A stretch of DNA of 64,000 bases from an uncultured Nitrospiraceae bacterium (GCA_963846575.1 CAWJWJ010000002.1:224001-288000); one strand, 5' to 3'. Shown: positions 10,076 to 22,307, numbered from the stretch's first letter. The notes: generated by a model from the letters alone, not told the origin. Translations and numbers: made by a program.

Positions 10076-10766
10076 GCTCTTTGTGAATCTTGACGGGCAC
10101 TTTGCTTTTCATCGATTCAGTGTAGGCCATCAAGGCGCGCTGCTGCTTCTGAAACAAGAAACTCTGAAAAATCCGCTCCTTGGCCGCATCTGCCTTGGCA
10201 GGATCCGATTCCCCCTGCCGGGTCACGAGAGCCTGCGCCTCTGAATACTCAGAGGGGGTGAGGGCGACCGCATCCATGACAACCAATCGAGCTTTATTGG
10301 TCAGAATGTCCTTGGCCTCCATGGCCTCGAACGACGAAGGAGTCAAATGGTTGGCCGCCAGCAGTCTGCGGTAGGCCTCGGGATCGAACGCCCCGTTCCG
10401 TTGGAACTCCGGTCGCTGCATGATGGCTTTGCGTAGGTCTTCATCCGAGACGGTGAGCCCCATATCCTTCGCCACATGCTGCCACATCCGATTGTCGATG
10501 AGTTGCTCCAGGACAAATTGTTTGAGGAATTCATCCTTGATGTCAGTCTGCCCTTTGTCCTTGTAGAAGCGATACGTATTTTCATAGGCGCGGCGAAATT
10601 CATCCAGCGGGACCAACTGGTCTCCGACGGAGGCAACGACATTGCCGCTTTGCTGGCCGAATCCCCACCAGCCCATGGTAATGACGAATGCCAGGGCGAG
10701 AATGCCCATGATGGACTTGAGAAACCACGGATAGTCATGTGCCGCTTCGCGTAACAGTTTAATCAT
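10068..10766 (-). CDS. SurA N-terminal-domain chaperone (PpiD-like, no parvulin domain visible)
   Basis: N-terminal TM anchor, VASVGDQ, LEQLID, GLTVSDEDL, FQRNGAFDPEAYRRLL. Confidence 0.8.
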   Translation of the reverse strand: MIKLLREAAHDYPWFLKSIMGILALAFVITMGWWGFGQQSGNVVASVGDQLVPLDEFRRAYENTYRFYKDKGQTDIKDEFLKQFVLEQLIDNRMWQHVAKDMGLTVSDEDLRKAIMQRPEFQRNGAFDPEAYRRLLAANHLTPSSFEAMEAKDILTNKARLVVMDAVALTPSEYSEAQALVTRQGESDPAKADAAKERIFQSFLFQKQQRALMAYTESMKSKVPVKIHKELM

Positions 10767-10927
10767 TCGGATCGCCTCTTGTGGGCAAGGTTTCGTGGAT
10801 TCTACTCAGGCGCTGACAAGAAAGGCAAGGCCAAGTGGAAGGGCGATTGGGGTCGGGTGAGATTGCGACTTTGTTTGTGCGGATCAGCGAGATTTGCTAT
10901 AGTGTGAACCAGTCGGGGAGATCTTCA

Positions 10928-11386
10928 TTGGCGGAAGAGGCAACCGGGCAAAGCCCACTGGAACTGGGCGTTTATCCGAAAGCCCAGGTGCTGAATCGGT
11001 TCATCGCGAAGCTGATCGATCTCCTGATTGTCGCTGCGGCAAGTAAACTGGTCCCGCCGGTTGGTGTTATCGCCGGATTGGCCTACATATTGCTGGCCGA
11101 CGGGTTTGGCGGCGGTCGCAGTGTTGGAAAGCGACTGATAGGGCTACAAACTATTGTGCCTCGCACGCGGGAGCCTGCAGGATTTCGTGAGTCTATTGTT
11201 CGCAATCTACCCTGTGCTCTCGCCCAGCTGGCGTTCGAAATACCTTATGTAGGATGGATGGGGTGGGGCGCAGTACTCTCGCTTGAAGCGCTACTCGTGA
11301 TCGGGAATGAACAGGGTCGGCGGTTAGGGGACGAGATTGCGAAGACCCAGGTGCTGGAGAGTGGACAGCTGGATGTGTCGGATTAG
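10928..11386 (+). CDS. RDD-family membrane protein
   Basis: RFIAKLIDLL, GRSVGKRLIGL, RRLGDEIAKT; TTG start at 10928 after GGGGAG. Confidence 0.8.
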   Translation: MAEEATGQSPLELGVYPKAQVLNRFIAKLIDLLIVAAASKLVPPVGVIAGLAYILLADGFGGGRSVGKRLIGLQTIVPRTREPAGFRESIVRNLPCALAQLAFEIPYVGWMGWGAVLSLEALLVIGNEQGRRLGDEIAKTQVLESGQLDVSD

Positions 11387-11404
11387 TGAAGACGTCGTTG
11401 TTGA

Positions 11405-12484
<1,080 letters not shown>

Positions 12485-12497
12485 GCTCCATCCCTGG

Positions 12498-13385
12498 GTG
12501 TGGATGGCTATATCGCGCTCGACATACGGCACCCGACGTCTCGCCATAGTCCTGTTCGTCCTGTTGCTTGCCGCTCTCTTTCTCCTCCCTAGTCAAAGCC
12601 AGGGCCTGCTGCAGTATGTTGGTGGCCCGCTCGGGCAGATCCTCAGTCTCCCGCTCGCCGCGTTCTCCTCTCTCGATCACGGCATTTCAGAAAGCTGGGA
12701 TGGATATATCGCCCTGCAGGGCGTCCGTGAAGAGAATCGCCAGCTCCGTCGCGATATCGAACTGCTGAAAGGCCAGAATAATCAGTTGCGAGGTTCTGTG
12801 GCGGCGACGCAACGGTATGAGACCTTGCTGAATTTCAAACAGCAATCTTCGTTCCGGGTGGTGGCGGCTCAGGTGATCGGGAGGGATGCCACCAATTGGT
12901 ACCGCGGGGTCATCCTTAACAAAGGTGAAAATGACGGGGTGCGTCCTGAAATGGGCGTGGTGACGCCTGCCGGGGTCGTGGGGCGAATCGTCAAAACCAA
13001 TTCCACCTCATCCGTGGTTTTACTGGTGACTGATCCGAACAATGCGATCGCAGGCCTGGTGCAGCGGACTCGCGATGAGGGGATTGTCGAAGGCACCAGT
13101 CACGGACGGGCGCGCATGAAATATATTCCTCTCCTGTCGCGGGTTCAACCGGGCGACAGAGTCGTGACTTCGGGGCTGACCGGTGCCTTTCCGCGCGGGT
13201 TGGCGATCGGCGGGCTGACGCAAGTGGAAAAGTCAGAGGGTGATTTGTTTCAGTCCGCGGAAATCGAGCCGGAGGTCGATCTTGCGAGACTTGATGAGGT
13301 GTTGGTGATTACAGCGCCATATGAAGACGCCGACGCTGCTCAGAAGTTATTGCAAGAGATCCACGGAGACCGCAAGAAGCCATGA
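12498..13385 (+). CDS. mreC: Rod shape-determining protein MreC
   Basis: TM helix, coiled coil, then INKG-like LNKG, GVVGRI, VTSGL.G.FP.G. Confidence 0.93.
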   Translation: MWMAISRSTYGTRRLAIVLFVLLLAALFLLPSQSQGLLQYVGGPLGQILSLPLAAFSSLDHGISESWDGYIALQGVREENRQLRRDIELLKGQNNQLRGSVAATQRYETLLNFKQQSSFRVVAAQVIGRDATNWYRGVILNKGENDGVRPEMGVVTPAGVVGRIVKTNSTSSVVLLVTDPNNAIAGLVQRTRDEGIVEGTSHGRARMKYIPLLSRVQPGDRVVTSGLTGAFPRGLAIGGLTQVEKSEGDLFQSAEIEPEVDLARLDEVLVITAPYEDADAAQKLLQEIHGDRKKP

Positions 13386-13882
13386 AGTTTCTCTTGTATG
13401 CCTTGCTGGCATTGGTGGTCGTGCCGTTGCAGACAACCTTATTGCATTATGTGAGTATTCTTGGCGTGAGACCCGATCTTGGTCTGGTCGCGGCGTGCCT
13501 GGTAGGATTTCTCGGGGGAGAGCTTGACGGGTTGATCCTTGGACTCATCCTGGGCTGTTTCCAGGACATGCTGTCCGCCGGGGATCTCTGGATTAATGTG
13601 GTCACAAAGGGGGGGGCCGGATTTCTGGCCGGACTGGCCGGTCGCCATATGGCCCATATTACGCCGGCTGTGTTGACTGTAGGCCTGGTCACCATCTCGT
13701 GTCTGTCGAGCGGTGTTTTTCTCTATGCGATGAATCCCGCGAGCATTGACGACATCTGGATGGGATTCCGCTCGACGGTCCTGGTTCAGGCGGCCTTCGA
13801 TGCCGCACTCGGCGCTGCTTTGTACGCGATATTTCGGCGACGGTGGTCTGATGATCGAATGGTGACCGAAGGGGCGCTGTAG
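13382..13882 (+). CDS. mreD: Rod shape-determining protein MreD
   Basis: Hydrophobic 166 aa with RPDLGL, GCFQD; between mreC and mrdA. Confidence 0.85.
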   Translation: MKFLLYALLALVVVPLQTTLLHYVSILGVRPDLGLVAACLVGFLGGELDGLILGLILGCFQDMLSAGDLWINVVTKGGAGFLAGLAGRHMAHITPAVLTVGLVTISCLSSGVFLYAMNPASIDDIWMGFRSTVLVQAAFDAALGAALYAIFRRRWSDDRMVTEGAL

Positions 13883-13932
13883 GATATGCAGATCCTGCGG
13901 CAGACGTCAGCGAGGGCTCGAGGGGTGCGGCG

Positions 13933-15810
13933 GTGATAGGGTTCAACGATTCGGATCTCCTCGACCTTCAGCGGCGCCTCGTCATCCTGCGCGTGGGCCT
14001 GTTATTGGTGGTGGCGCTGCTGGCCCTCCGTCTCTGGCACCTTCAGATCCGGGAGGGCCCCTATTATCGAGACCTCTCCGAGAACAATAGAACCCGCTCG
14101 GTCGTGCTTGAACCGGCCCGCGGTTTGATTTTCGACCGGAATGGAGTGTTACTGGCCAACAATGTCCCCAGCTTTGCTTTGTATGTGACCCTGGAAGACG
14201 TAAAGGACCGCCAGGCGCTGGTTGTTCAATTAGCTTCGCTCCTTGGACTTGACCCCGAGCTTATTCAAAAGAAGCTGTCGATGGGAAAGGGAAGCAAGCT
14301 GCAGCCCCGCAAGATTAAGGATCGGCTGACGCTCCGCGAAGCCACCCTGATCGAATCTCATCGATTGGATTTGCCCGGGGTGATGGTTCAAGTGGAGTCG
14401 CAACGGAACTATCCCGGCGGAGTCGTCGCCGCGCATTTGCTGGGCTATGTTGGGGAAGTGTCGGCGGATCAATTGGAAAGGCCGGATTTCGCGGATCTCC
14501 ACCAGGGCAGCATTGTGGGGCAATATGGAGTAGAAAAAACATTTGACCGGCAGATCCGCGGGCGTGCGGGACAAAAAAGTGTGGAGGTGGACGCGCTTGG
14601 TCATGAGAAACGTGCCGTGGTCGCAGAAAAGCCCCTGGCTGGGGACGATCTCTATCTCACCATTGACGTCCACTTGCAAAAAATCGCTGAAGATCTCCTG
14701 GGCGAGGAGACGGGTGCCATCGTGGCCCTGGATCCCACGACGGGGGACGTCTTGGCGATGGCCAGTCGGCCGGGGTTCGACCCGAATATGCTCTCGAAAG
14801 AACTGACGAACAAACAGTGGGTCGAAATCGTCCAGAATGAGGGACGGCCGCTCAATAACCGGGCCATGCAGGGCCAGTACCCTCCGGGGTCGACCTTCAA
14901 AGTTGTCATGGCAGCGGCCGCCCTTGAGTCCAACACCGTGATACCGTCTTCGACCGTTCGATGTAACGGTGGCTATCAGTTCGGTAATCGTTTGTTTCGT
15001 GACTGGAAAGCCGGCGGGCATGGATCGGTCGACATGAGCCAGGCGTTGATCCATTCCTGTGACGTTTATTTTTATACCGTCGGCCAGCGTATGGGAATCG
15101 ATACGATCGCCGAATACGCCAAGCAGTTCGGCCTCGGACAAGAAACCGGGGTGGAACTGGGGTCCGAGCGGGTTGGAATTGTTCCCTCCACCGCCTGGAA
15201 GCAAAAGGCCAGGAATCAACCCTGGTACCCGGGCGAAACGATCTCAGCCGCGATTGGCCAGGGATATGTCACGGTGACACCGTTGCAGATGGCGAATGTG
15301 ATCGGCACTGTGGCGAACGACGGCGTGTCCATGAAACCACGATTGGTTCAGGCCGTGATGAATCGTGTCACCGGAGAACGAGCGGAATTTCCTCCCACGA
15401 TCCGCGGCCAGGTGGCGGTCAAACCGGCGACTATGGCCCTGATCAAGGAGGCATTGGCAGATGTGGTGACAAAGGGGACGGCGACCCGGGCCAAGTCGGC
15501 ATTGGTGTCGATTGCGGGCAAGACGGGGACCGCCCAAACGGCTGCGCTGCGCACCGGTCCTGAAAAAGATATTCCCAAAAGGTTCCGCGACCATGCGTGG
15601 TTTGTCGCCTTTGCTCCGGTGGAAGCGCCTCGCATCGCCGTGGCTGTGCTTGCCGAACACATGGGCCATGGCGGGTCCGCTGCCGCACCTTTGGCCAAGG
15701 ATGTCATTGAGGCGTACGTCAAAGCCTACCCGCAGGTATTACAGGGATCGCCTGGTGGGAGCCGGAGGCAGTCCCCGGCCATCAGTGCCGAATCACGGCC
15801 GAGGACCTGA
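13933..15810 (+). CDS. mrdA: Penicillin-binding protein 2
   Basis: RGLIFDRNG, SxxK (STFK), SCD, KTGT. Confidence 0.96.
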   Translation: MIGFNDSDLLDLQRRLVILRVGLLLVVALLALRLWHLQIREGPYYRDLSENNRTRSVVLEPARGLIFDRNGVLLANNVPSFALYVTLEDVKDRQALVVQLASLLGLDPELIQKKLSMGKGSKLQPRKIKDRLTLREATLIESHRLDLPGVMVQVESQRNYPGGVVAAHLLGYVGEVSADQLERPDFADLHQGSIVGQYGVEKTFDRQIRGRAGQKSVEVDALGHEKRAVVAEKPLAGDDLYLTIDVHLQKIAEDLLGEETGAIVALDPTTGDVLAMASRPGFDPNMLSKELTNKQWVEIVQNEGRPLNNRAMQGQYPPGSTFKVVMAAAALESNTVIPSSTVRCNGGYQFGNRLFRDWKAGGHGSVDMSQALIHSCDVYFYTVGQRMGIDTIAEYAKQFGLGQETGVELGSERVGIVPSTAWKQKARNQPWYPGETISAAIGQGYVTVTPLQMANVIGTVANDGVSMKPRLVQAVMNRVTGERAEFPPTIRGQVAVKPATMALIKEALADVVTKGTATRAKSALVSIAGKTGTAQTAALRTGPEKDIPKRFRDHAWFVAFAPVEAPRIAVAVLAEHMGHGGSAAAPLAKDVIEAYVKAYPQVLQGSPGGSRRQSPAISAESRPRT

Positions 15811-16928
15811 TGATCGAACGTGTAATGGATAGCCGAGGGTTGGACAGTTTCGATCTCCGTTTTATGGGATTGATCGCGGTCATCCTGTCCCTCGGGGTGT
15901 TGTCGATCTATAGTGTGACACATGCGCAAGACACCGCCTTTCCCTTTTACCTCAAACAACTTGTGTGGATTCTTCTGGGGACGATCGCGTTTCTCGTGAT
16001 GTATCTTTCGGATTATCACAAGATTGCTCGCCTGGCATACCCGACCTATGTCGTGATCTTGATTATGTTGGCTGTGGTGCTGGTTATGGGCAAGTCCAGC
16101 CGGGGAGCCCAGCGATGGATTCCGATCGGACCCTTTGCCTTTCAGCCGTCGGAGTTTGCCAAGCTGGTGTTGGTCCTGGTGCTGGCGAACTACTATTCTC
16201 AAGTTTCTCGCGTGGGCTGGCTCCATCGCGTGGTCTTGCCGGGATTGATCGTCCTGCCGGGGCTGCTGCTGATTTTGAAGCAGCCGGATCTGGGGAGCGG
16301 CTTAAGTTTTCTCGCCGTCTATGCCGCCATGCTATTGATGGTGGGGGTCCGGTCGAAGGCCCTGGGCATTATTCTGCTTCTTTCCGTCATGTTGTTTCCG
16401 TTTGTCTGGGAAATGGTCTGGGCCTCGTTGCATGATTATCAACGACAGCGCGTCATGGCCTTCGTCGATCCGGACTACGATCCGGGCGGAAAAGGTTATC
16501 ACGCGCTGCAATCCAAGATTGCGATCGGTTCCGGGGAATTGTCCGGGAAGGGCTTGTATGGCGGCACGCAGAGTCAGTTGAAGTTTCTGCCGGAAGGCCA
16601 TACCGATTTTGTGTTTGCCGTGTATGCGGAGGAGTGGGGCTTCGTCGGGGTCCTGGTGTTGTTGGCCCTCTTCATTGCGCTGATATGGGTCTCACTGGAA
16701 ATTGCCGGACGCGCGAAGGACACGCTGGGCGCGCTCCTCGCGGCCGGCATTGTGGCAATGTTGTGTTTTTGCGTGGTGGTCAATATCGGGATGACCGCAG
16801 GGATGTTTCCTATCGTCGGAATCCCGCTTCCGTTAGTGAGTTACGGAGGTAGCGCGACCATCATGACCATGGCTTCGTTAGGTTTATTGTTGAACGTAAA
16901 ACGACGACGGTTGACGCTGTTTTACTAG
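15810..16928 (+). CDS. rodA: SEDS peptidoglycan glycosyltransferase RodA
   Basis: GAQRWI, QPSEFAK, QPDLG, PEGHTDFVF, LPLVSYGGS. Confidence 0.96.
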   Translation: MIERVMDSRGLDSFDLRFMGLIAVILSLGVLSIYSVTHAQDTAFPFYLKQLVWILLGTIAFLVMYLSDYHKIARLAYPTYVVILIMLAVVLVMGKSSRGAQRWIPIGPFAFQPSEFAKLVLVLVLANYYSQVSRVGWLHRVVLPGLIVLPGLLLILKQPDLGSGLSFLAVYAAMLLMVGVRSKALGIILLLSVMLFPFVWEMVWASLHDYQRQRVMAFVDPDYDPGGKGYHALQSKIAIGSGELSGKGLYGGTQSQLKFLPEGHTDFVFAVYAEEWGFVGVLVLLALFIALIWVSLEIAGRAKDTLGALLAAGIVAMLCFCVVVNIGMTAGMFPIVGIPLPLVSYGGSATIMTMASLGLLLNVKRRRLTLFY

Positions 16929-17073
16929 GTGATGCCTGGACAGCGGTCGACGCGATATGAAATAACCATAGGAATCAGACCGGCGCCGGACCAACGGCGA
17001 GACGAGAAAGAACCCGGGCCATGCGTCCGCGTTCGTCTGCCGATCCGCCCGATCTGAGTGTAAAGGAGTTTGT

Positions 17074-18585
17074 ATGGGTGTTGAGATAGCGATCAGTATA
17101 GCGCGGGAGGAGACCCGCGTGGCGGTGCTGGATAACGGGGTCGTCACGGACCTCTATGGTGACCGCGCCAAGGACCAGGATTTCGTAGGAAACATATATA
17201 AGGGGCGTGTGGCCAAGGTACTGCCAGGGATGCAGGCTGCCTTCATCGATATCGGCTTGGAAAAGGCCGCATTTGTGCATGTCTCCGATCTCTCCTTGGA
17301 CCTAGAGTCGGGCGATACGCTCGTGGAAGGTGACGACGACGATAATAAGGACTCGGAGGTTCCAAAACCAAAACGACAGAACTCAAAGCCTATCGAAGAG
17401 TTGCTGTCCGAAGGTCAGGAAGTGATGGTGCAAATCTCCAAAGGACCGATCGGCACCAAAGGATCCCGGGTTACGACCTACGTGTCATTGCCCGGGCGAT
17501 ATCTGGTATTTATGCCGACCGTCGAGCATATCGGGGTCTCTCGCCGTATTCCCCGGGACGAAGAACGCGCCCGGCTGAAAGAAATCATGAAGCGTGCGCG
17601 CCGTCCGGGGTTCGGATACATCGTTCGCACGGTGAGTGAAGGTGTGAAAGAAGAAGAACTTCGATCCGATGTCGAATTTCTCCATGTCTTGTGGCAGGAC
17701 GTCTTGACCAAGCGTGATCAGCAGCCGGCGCCCAGTTTGTTGCACAGCGATTTGAGTTTGAGCTTTCGCGTCGTCCGCGACCTTTTTGGCCGCCGGGTCG
17801 ATCGGCTGTTGATCGATAACCGCGAGGAGTACAACGCGATCAAAAACTTTGTTCAGCGGTTTTCGCCTGAACAAACGTCGCGCATCCATTTCTACGACAA
17901 AGAGGAATCCCTATTCGACTATCTCGGGGTAGAGCAGGAAATAGCCCGTGCGATGAGTCGTAAGGTCTGGCTTAAGTCCGGTGGGTACTTGGTGATCGAT
18001 CATACCGAGGCGATGACCGTCATCGACGTGAACACAGGCCGGTTTGTCGGGAAGCGCGATCAGGAAGAAACGATCCTCCGGAACAATTTGGAGGCTGCGA
18101 GGGAAATCGCCTATCAGGTCAAATTGCGCGGCATCGGCGGCATCATCATCGTGGATTTCATCGATATGGAACGGGAGAAGAATCGCGACAAGGTCTACCA
18201 CGCATTGGTAGATGCTATGGCCGCCGATAAGGCGCGCACACGGGTTTCCAGGGTGTCGGATCTCGGCCTGATCGAAATCTCACGAGAGCGTGTGCGAGAG
18301 GATCTCTTGCGATCACTGTCGGAGCCTTGTCATTATTGCGACGGTCGGGGTTATACGAAGTCGCCCATGTCGGTGGCCTATGAAATTTTCCGTGAAGTGC
18401 GACGACTCGGCCATGAAATCGAGCAGCAGCGGGTTGTCGTCGGAGCGCATCCGGCCGTCGCCCAACTGCTGCAGGAACAGGAACAGCCTGGTGTGGAAGA
18501 ACTTGAGCGGCGGTATGGCGCCAAAATCCTGGTCACCGCCGATGACCGGTTGCATCTGGAGCAGTTCGATCTCGTGGTAATGTAA
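17074..18585 (+). CDS. rng: Ribonuclease G (Rne/Rng family)
   Basis: GNIYKGRVAKVLPGMQAAFIDIG, IDVNTG, IIVDFIDM, CxxC Zn-link CHYC. Confidence 0.93.
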   Translation: MGVEIAISIAREETRVAVLDNGVVTDLYGDRAKDQDFVGNIYKGRVAKVLPGMQAAFIDIGLEKAAFVHVSDLSLDLESGDTLVEGDDDDNKDSEVPKPKRQNSKPIEELLSEGQEVMVQISKGPIGTKGSRVTTYVSLPGRYLVFMPTVEHIGVSRRIPRDEERARLKEIMKRARRPGFGYIVRTVSEGVKEEELRSDVEFLHVLWQDVLTKRDQQPAPSLLHSDLSLSFRVVRDLFGRRVDRLLIDNREEYNAIKNFVQRFSPEQTSRIHFYDKEESLFDYLGVEQEIARAMSRKVWLKSGGYLVIDHTEAMTVIDVNTGRFVGKRDQEETILRNNLEAAREIAYQVKLRGIGGIIIVDFIDMEREKNRDKVYHALVDAMAADKARTRVSRVSDLGLIEISRERVREDLLRSLSEPCHYCDGRGYTKSPMSVAYEIFREVRRLGHEIEQQRVVVGAHPAVAQLLQEQEQPGVEELERRYGAKILVTADDRLHLEQFDLVVM

Positions 18586-18751
18586 GCAGATCCCCGCAGC
18601 ATCCGGCCGACGCGGATATAATTAGCTGTGACAATCGACTGCTGAGACGGTGGACTGCGAATATCCCACCGGATGTCCTCCCTCAGCTGTCTTTTCCGAA
18701 TAGAATGGCAGCCGGCTTCGTATCGACTACGCGTGATGAGCTGAGCCGAGA

Positions 18752-19888
18752 GTGAGCAGCCGATCTCTTCGTCCCTGGTTGATGTTGCGCGCCATCCCCG
18801 GTATAGGCGACGCCATCCTGCTCAAGCTTGTGCAGGCGTTAGGGACGCCCGAAGCTGTCCTCGGGGCGACGTCGGCCACACTAGAACAGATTGGCTGCCG
18901 GCCGCCTTTGATCGAAGCGATTCACAAGGGACCTGATGCCGCGGCGGTCCGGCAACTCGACCAAGAAGTGATGCGGTTGGAACGCCGGCAGGTCACAGTG
19001 CTGACGTATTCGAGTCCGCAGTATCCGGCGCTTCTCCGGGCCATTCCCGATCCTCCTCCGTTGCTCTATTACCAGGGCACACTGTTGGAGACTGATCGTC
19101 ATGCTGTGGCCATTGTCGGCACCAGGAAGGTCAGCGCGGCCGGACGGGTTTTGGCAGAAGAGTTGGCGCGCGATCTGGCCGCCATGGGTTTCACGATCGT
19201 CAGTGGTCTTGCACGCGGGGTAGACGCGGCTGCGCATCGTGGTGCCATCGCGGGAAAGGGACGGACTCTCGCGGTGATGGGGTGCGGGTTGGATCGGACT
19301 TACCCTGCGGACCATCGATCGTTGCGTCAGGCTATCGAGCGCCAGGGCGCCGTCTTGTCAGAGCTTCCGTTAGGAGCGGCTCCACACAGTTATCATTTCC
19401 CTCGACGTAACCGGATCATTAGCGGGCTTTCGTTGGGGGTTATCGTGACGGAGGCAGCCATGGAGAGCGGCTCGCTCATTACGGCGCGATTGGCAGGTGA
19501 ACAGGGACGAGAGGTGTTCGCGGTGCCCGGATTCGTGAAGGCCGAACATAGCCGCGGGCCCAACAGTTTGATAAAAGACGGTGCCAGGCTAGTGGAATCT
19601 GCTGAGGATGTGCTTAACGAATTGCGTCCGCAGCTCGACGCAGCATTCCAGAGCCGGATTAAGACGCCAATGAATGCCGAAGCGGCAACACAGGTGCAAC
19701 TGGGAACAGAGGAGGCGCTGGTGTATGATGCCCTTCACTCAGTGCCGCAATCCGTGGATGAGGTGATTCGACAGACCCGACTTGCGGCGGCCCAGGTGAC
19801 GGCGGCCTTGCTCTCATTGGAACTCAAGAATTGCGTTCGCCAGTTGCCGGGCAATGAGTATGTGAGATGTTCGCGCTGGCCTGATTGA
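18752..19888 (+). CDS. dprA: DNA-processing protein DprA
   Basis: IVSGLARGVDAAAH, HFPRRNRIISGLS, SGSLITA, GREVFAVPG, C-terminal winged helix. Confidence 0.95.
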   Translation: MSSRSLRPWLMLRAIPGIGDAILLKLVQALGTPEAVLGATSATLEQIGCRPPLIEAIHKGPDAAAVRQLDQEVMRLERRQVTVLTYSSPQYPALLRAIPDPPPLLYYQGTLLETDRHAVAIVGTRKVSAAGRVLAEELARDLAAMGFTIVSGLARGVDAAAHRGAIAGKGRTLAVMGCGLDRTYPADHRSLRQAIERQGAVLSELPLGAAPHSYHFPRRNRIISGLSLGVIVTEAAMESGSLITARLAGEQGREVFAVPGFVKAEHSRGPNSLIKDGARLVESAEDVLNELRPQLDAAFQSRIKTPMNAEAATQVQLGTEEALVYDALHSVPQSVDEVIRQTRLAAAQVTAALLSLELKNCVRQLPGNEYVRCSRWPD

Positions 19889-19970
19889 GGGATTAGGCCT
19901 GACAGGCGCTCGGTAAGTGTTATAGTGGGTATGGTACTGTGCATCTAGTTCGAGACACACACGGGGCCCC

Positions 19971-22307
19971 ATGGCTAAATCTCTGATAATTGTCGAATCT
20001 CCAACCAAAGCCCGGACGATCACTAAATACCTGGGCCGTGGTTATTCCGTCATGGCGTCAGTCGGTCATGTCAAAGACTTGCCCACCAGCAAACTGGGCG
20101 TTGATTTGGAGCACGATTTTGAACCCCAGTACGTCACGATTAAGGGAAAATCCAAAGTCCTCGCCGACATCAAGAAGAAGGCGAAGGAGGTCGACACGAT
20201 CTTCCTGGCGCCGGACCCTGACCGCGAAGGCGAGGCGATTGCCTGGCATATCGCACAGGAATTGGACGGCAAAGGAAAAAAGAAAGGCAGCAAGATCTTT
20301 CGAGTGCTTTTCAACGAGATCACCGAGGCGGCCATTAAACGTGCACTCAAGACGCCGGGTGAAATTGACCTGAAACTTGTGCAGGCCCAACAGGCCCGAC
20401 GGGTGCTCGATCGCATCGTCGGCTATCAAGGCAGTCAGCTGCTCTGGAAAAAGGTCCGGCGCGGTCTCAGCATGGGACGAGTCCAATCGGTAGCCGTACG
20501 TTTGATCTGCGATCGCGAAAAAGAACGGGAAGCGTTTCGTGCCGAAGAGTACTGGTCCATCGTGGCGCTGTTGACCGGAGATAACCCGCCTGCTTTTGAA
20601 GCGAAGTTGCATTCCGTCAATGGGCAAGATGCGGACATAGGGACAGGGGAGGCGGCTGAACGGATTCTCGCTGCCGTTCAAGGGAAAGCGTTTGTCGTCC
20701 AGTCGATTGAGCGCAAAGAGAAGAAACGAAATCCTGTCGCGCCTTTCATTACCAGTCGGCTACAGCAGGAAGCTGCGAGGAAACTGCATTTTACGCCCAA
20801 AAAGACCATGACCCTAGCTCAGCAGCTGTACGAGGGGGTGGAAATCGGAGCGGAAGGGGCGACGGGTCTCATTACCTACATGCGGACGGATTCCCCGCGA
20901 ATTTCACAAGAAGCGATGGAAGACGCCAGGGTAGTGATTCAAGAGCGATTCGGGATCGACTATCTGCCCGCGACGCCCAATGTGTACAAAACCCAAAAAG
21001 CTGCACAGGAAGCGCACGAAGCCATTCGCCCGACCGCGGCGGCTCGAGATCCAGAGACGATCCGGCAATATCTGGAGCCGGATCAATATCAGCTGTACAA
21101 ATTGATCTGGAACCGATTCGTGGCTTCCCAAATGGTGCCGGCCATTCTGGATGTGACACGGGTGGACTCCACTCCGCTGGAAACCAAGGATCGGTATGTG
21201 TTTCGGACCACAGGTACGGTGGTCAAGTTTGCCGGCCACACGGCTGTGTACCTGGAGGGAACCGATAAGGAGTTGTCATCGCAGAAGCCCAAGAACGACC
21301 AGGAGGCGGATGACGAATCGGACCGCCAGTTACCCGCGCTCACCGAAGGCCAAGCGCTGAGTTTGGTAGCCCAGGATGGCCAAACCTTGCCAGGCTTGCT
21401 CTCCAAACAGCATTTTACGCAACCACCGCCACGTTACAATGAAGCGTTGTTAATCCGGGAGTTGGAGGAAAAAGGCATTGGCCGTCCCTCCACCTACGCG
21501 TCGATCATTTCCACGATCCAGGACCGCAAGTATGTCGATAAGGTTGAAGGACGATTCCTTCCGACCGAAACGGGCAAGACGGTCAACGAGTTTCTACTGA
21601 AAGGGTTCCCGGATCTCCTGGATACTGAGTTCACCTCCCATATGGAGGAGCAGCTTGACGAAGTGGAAGAAGGCACGAAGCCGTGGGTAGCGGCTGTCCG
21701 TGATTTTTATACTCCATTTGTGAAAGACCTGGAACTTGCTCAGAGTATTCCAGGACCCAAAGATATTGTCGAGCCGCCTACCAATCTTCCTTGTGAAAAA
21801 TGCGGCCGCATGTTGGAGATCAAGTGGGGGCGGAACGGCAAATTCCTGGCATGTCCCGGATACAAGGATGACCCGCCGTGTAAGAACACTCAAAACTTTG
21901 AAAAGTTGCCCGATGGAACGATTAAGATCGTGCCCAAGCTGGAAGAGACGACGGACGAGAAGTGTGAGAAATGTTCGAGTCCAATGGTGGTGAAATCAGG
22001 CCGTTTCGGAAAATTCCTGGCTTGTTCCGCCTACCCCGAGTGCAAGACGACCAAACCCATCGCCCTCGGGGTCAAGTGCCCGCAACCTGACTGCGGTGGA
22101 GATCTGGTTCAGAAACGGACGAAAAAGGGGAGGAATTTCTATTCCTGTAGCCGCTATCCGCAATGTGAATTTGCACTGTGGGATAGACCCGTTAACAAGC
22201 CCTGCCCTACCTGCCATGCCCCATTTCTCATCGAAAAAGTCAGCAAGCAGGCTGGACGATCCGTCCAATGCCGCAACGAAGAGTGCGGCTATCGAGACGC
22301 CGGCTGA
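19971..22307 (+). CDS. topA: DNA topoisomerase I
   Basis: IIVESPTKA, PDPDREGEAI, GRVQS, ITYMRTDS, GIGRPSTYA, C-terminal C4 zinc ribbons. Confidence 0.98.
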   Translation: MAKSLIIVESPTKARTITKYLGRGYSVMASVGHVKDLPTSKLGVDLEHDFEPQYVTIKGKSKVLADIKKKAKEVDTIFLAPDPDREGEAIAWHIAQELDGKGKKKGSKIFRVLFNEITEAAIKRALKTPGEIDLKLVQAQQARRVLDRIVGYQGSQLLWKKVRRGLSMGRVQSVAVRLICDREKEREAFRAEEYWSIVALLTGDNPPAFEAKLHSVNGQDADIGTGEAAERILAAVQGKAFVVQSIERKEKKRNPVAPFITSRLQQEAARKLHFTPKKTMTLAQQLYEGVEIGAEGATGLITYMRTDSPRISQEAMEDARVVIQERFGIDYLPATPNVYKTQKAAQEAHEAIRPTAAARDPETIRQYLEPDQYQLYKLIWNRFVASQMVPAILDVTRVDSTPLETKDRYVFRTTGTVVKFAGHTAVYLEGTDKELSSQKPKNDQEADDESDRQLPALTEGQALSLVAQDGQTLPGLLSKQHFTQPPPRYNEALLIRELEEKGIGRPSTYASIISTIQDRKYVDKVEGRFLPTETGKTVNEFLLKGFPDLLDTEFTSHMEEQLDEVEEGTKPWVAAVRDFYTPFVKDLELAQSIPGPKDIVEPPTNLPCEKCGRMLEIKWGRNGKFLACPGYKDDPPCKNTQNFEKLPDGTIKIVPKLEETTDEKCEKCSSPMVVKSGRFGKFLACSAYPECKTTKPIALGVKCPQPDCGGDLVQKRTKKGRNFYSCSRYPQCEFALWDRPVNKPCPTCHAPFLIEKVSKQAGRSVQCRNEECGYRDAG

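Noticed and set aside
22200..22220. CPTCH as a c-type heme motif in TopA
   Set aside because: Part of a cytoplasmic C4 zinc ribbon
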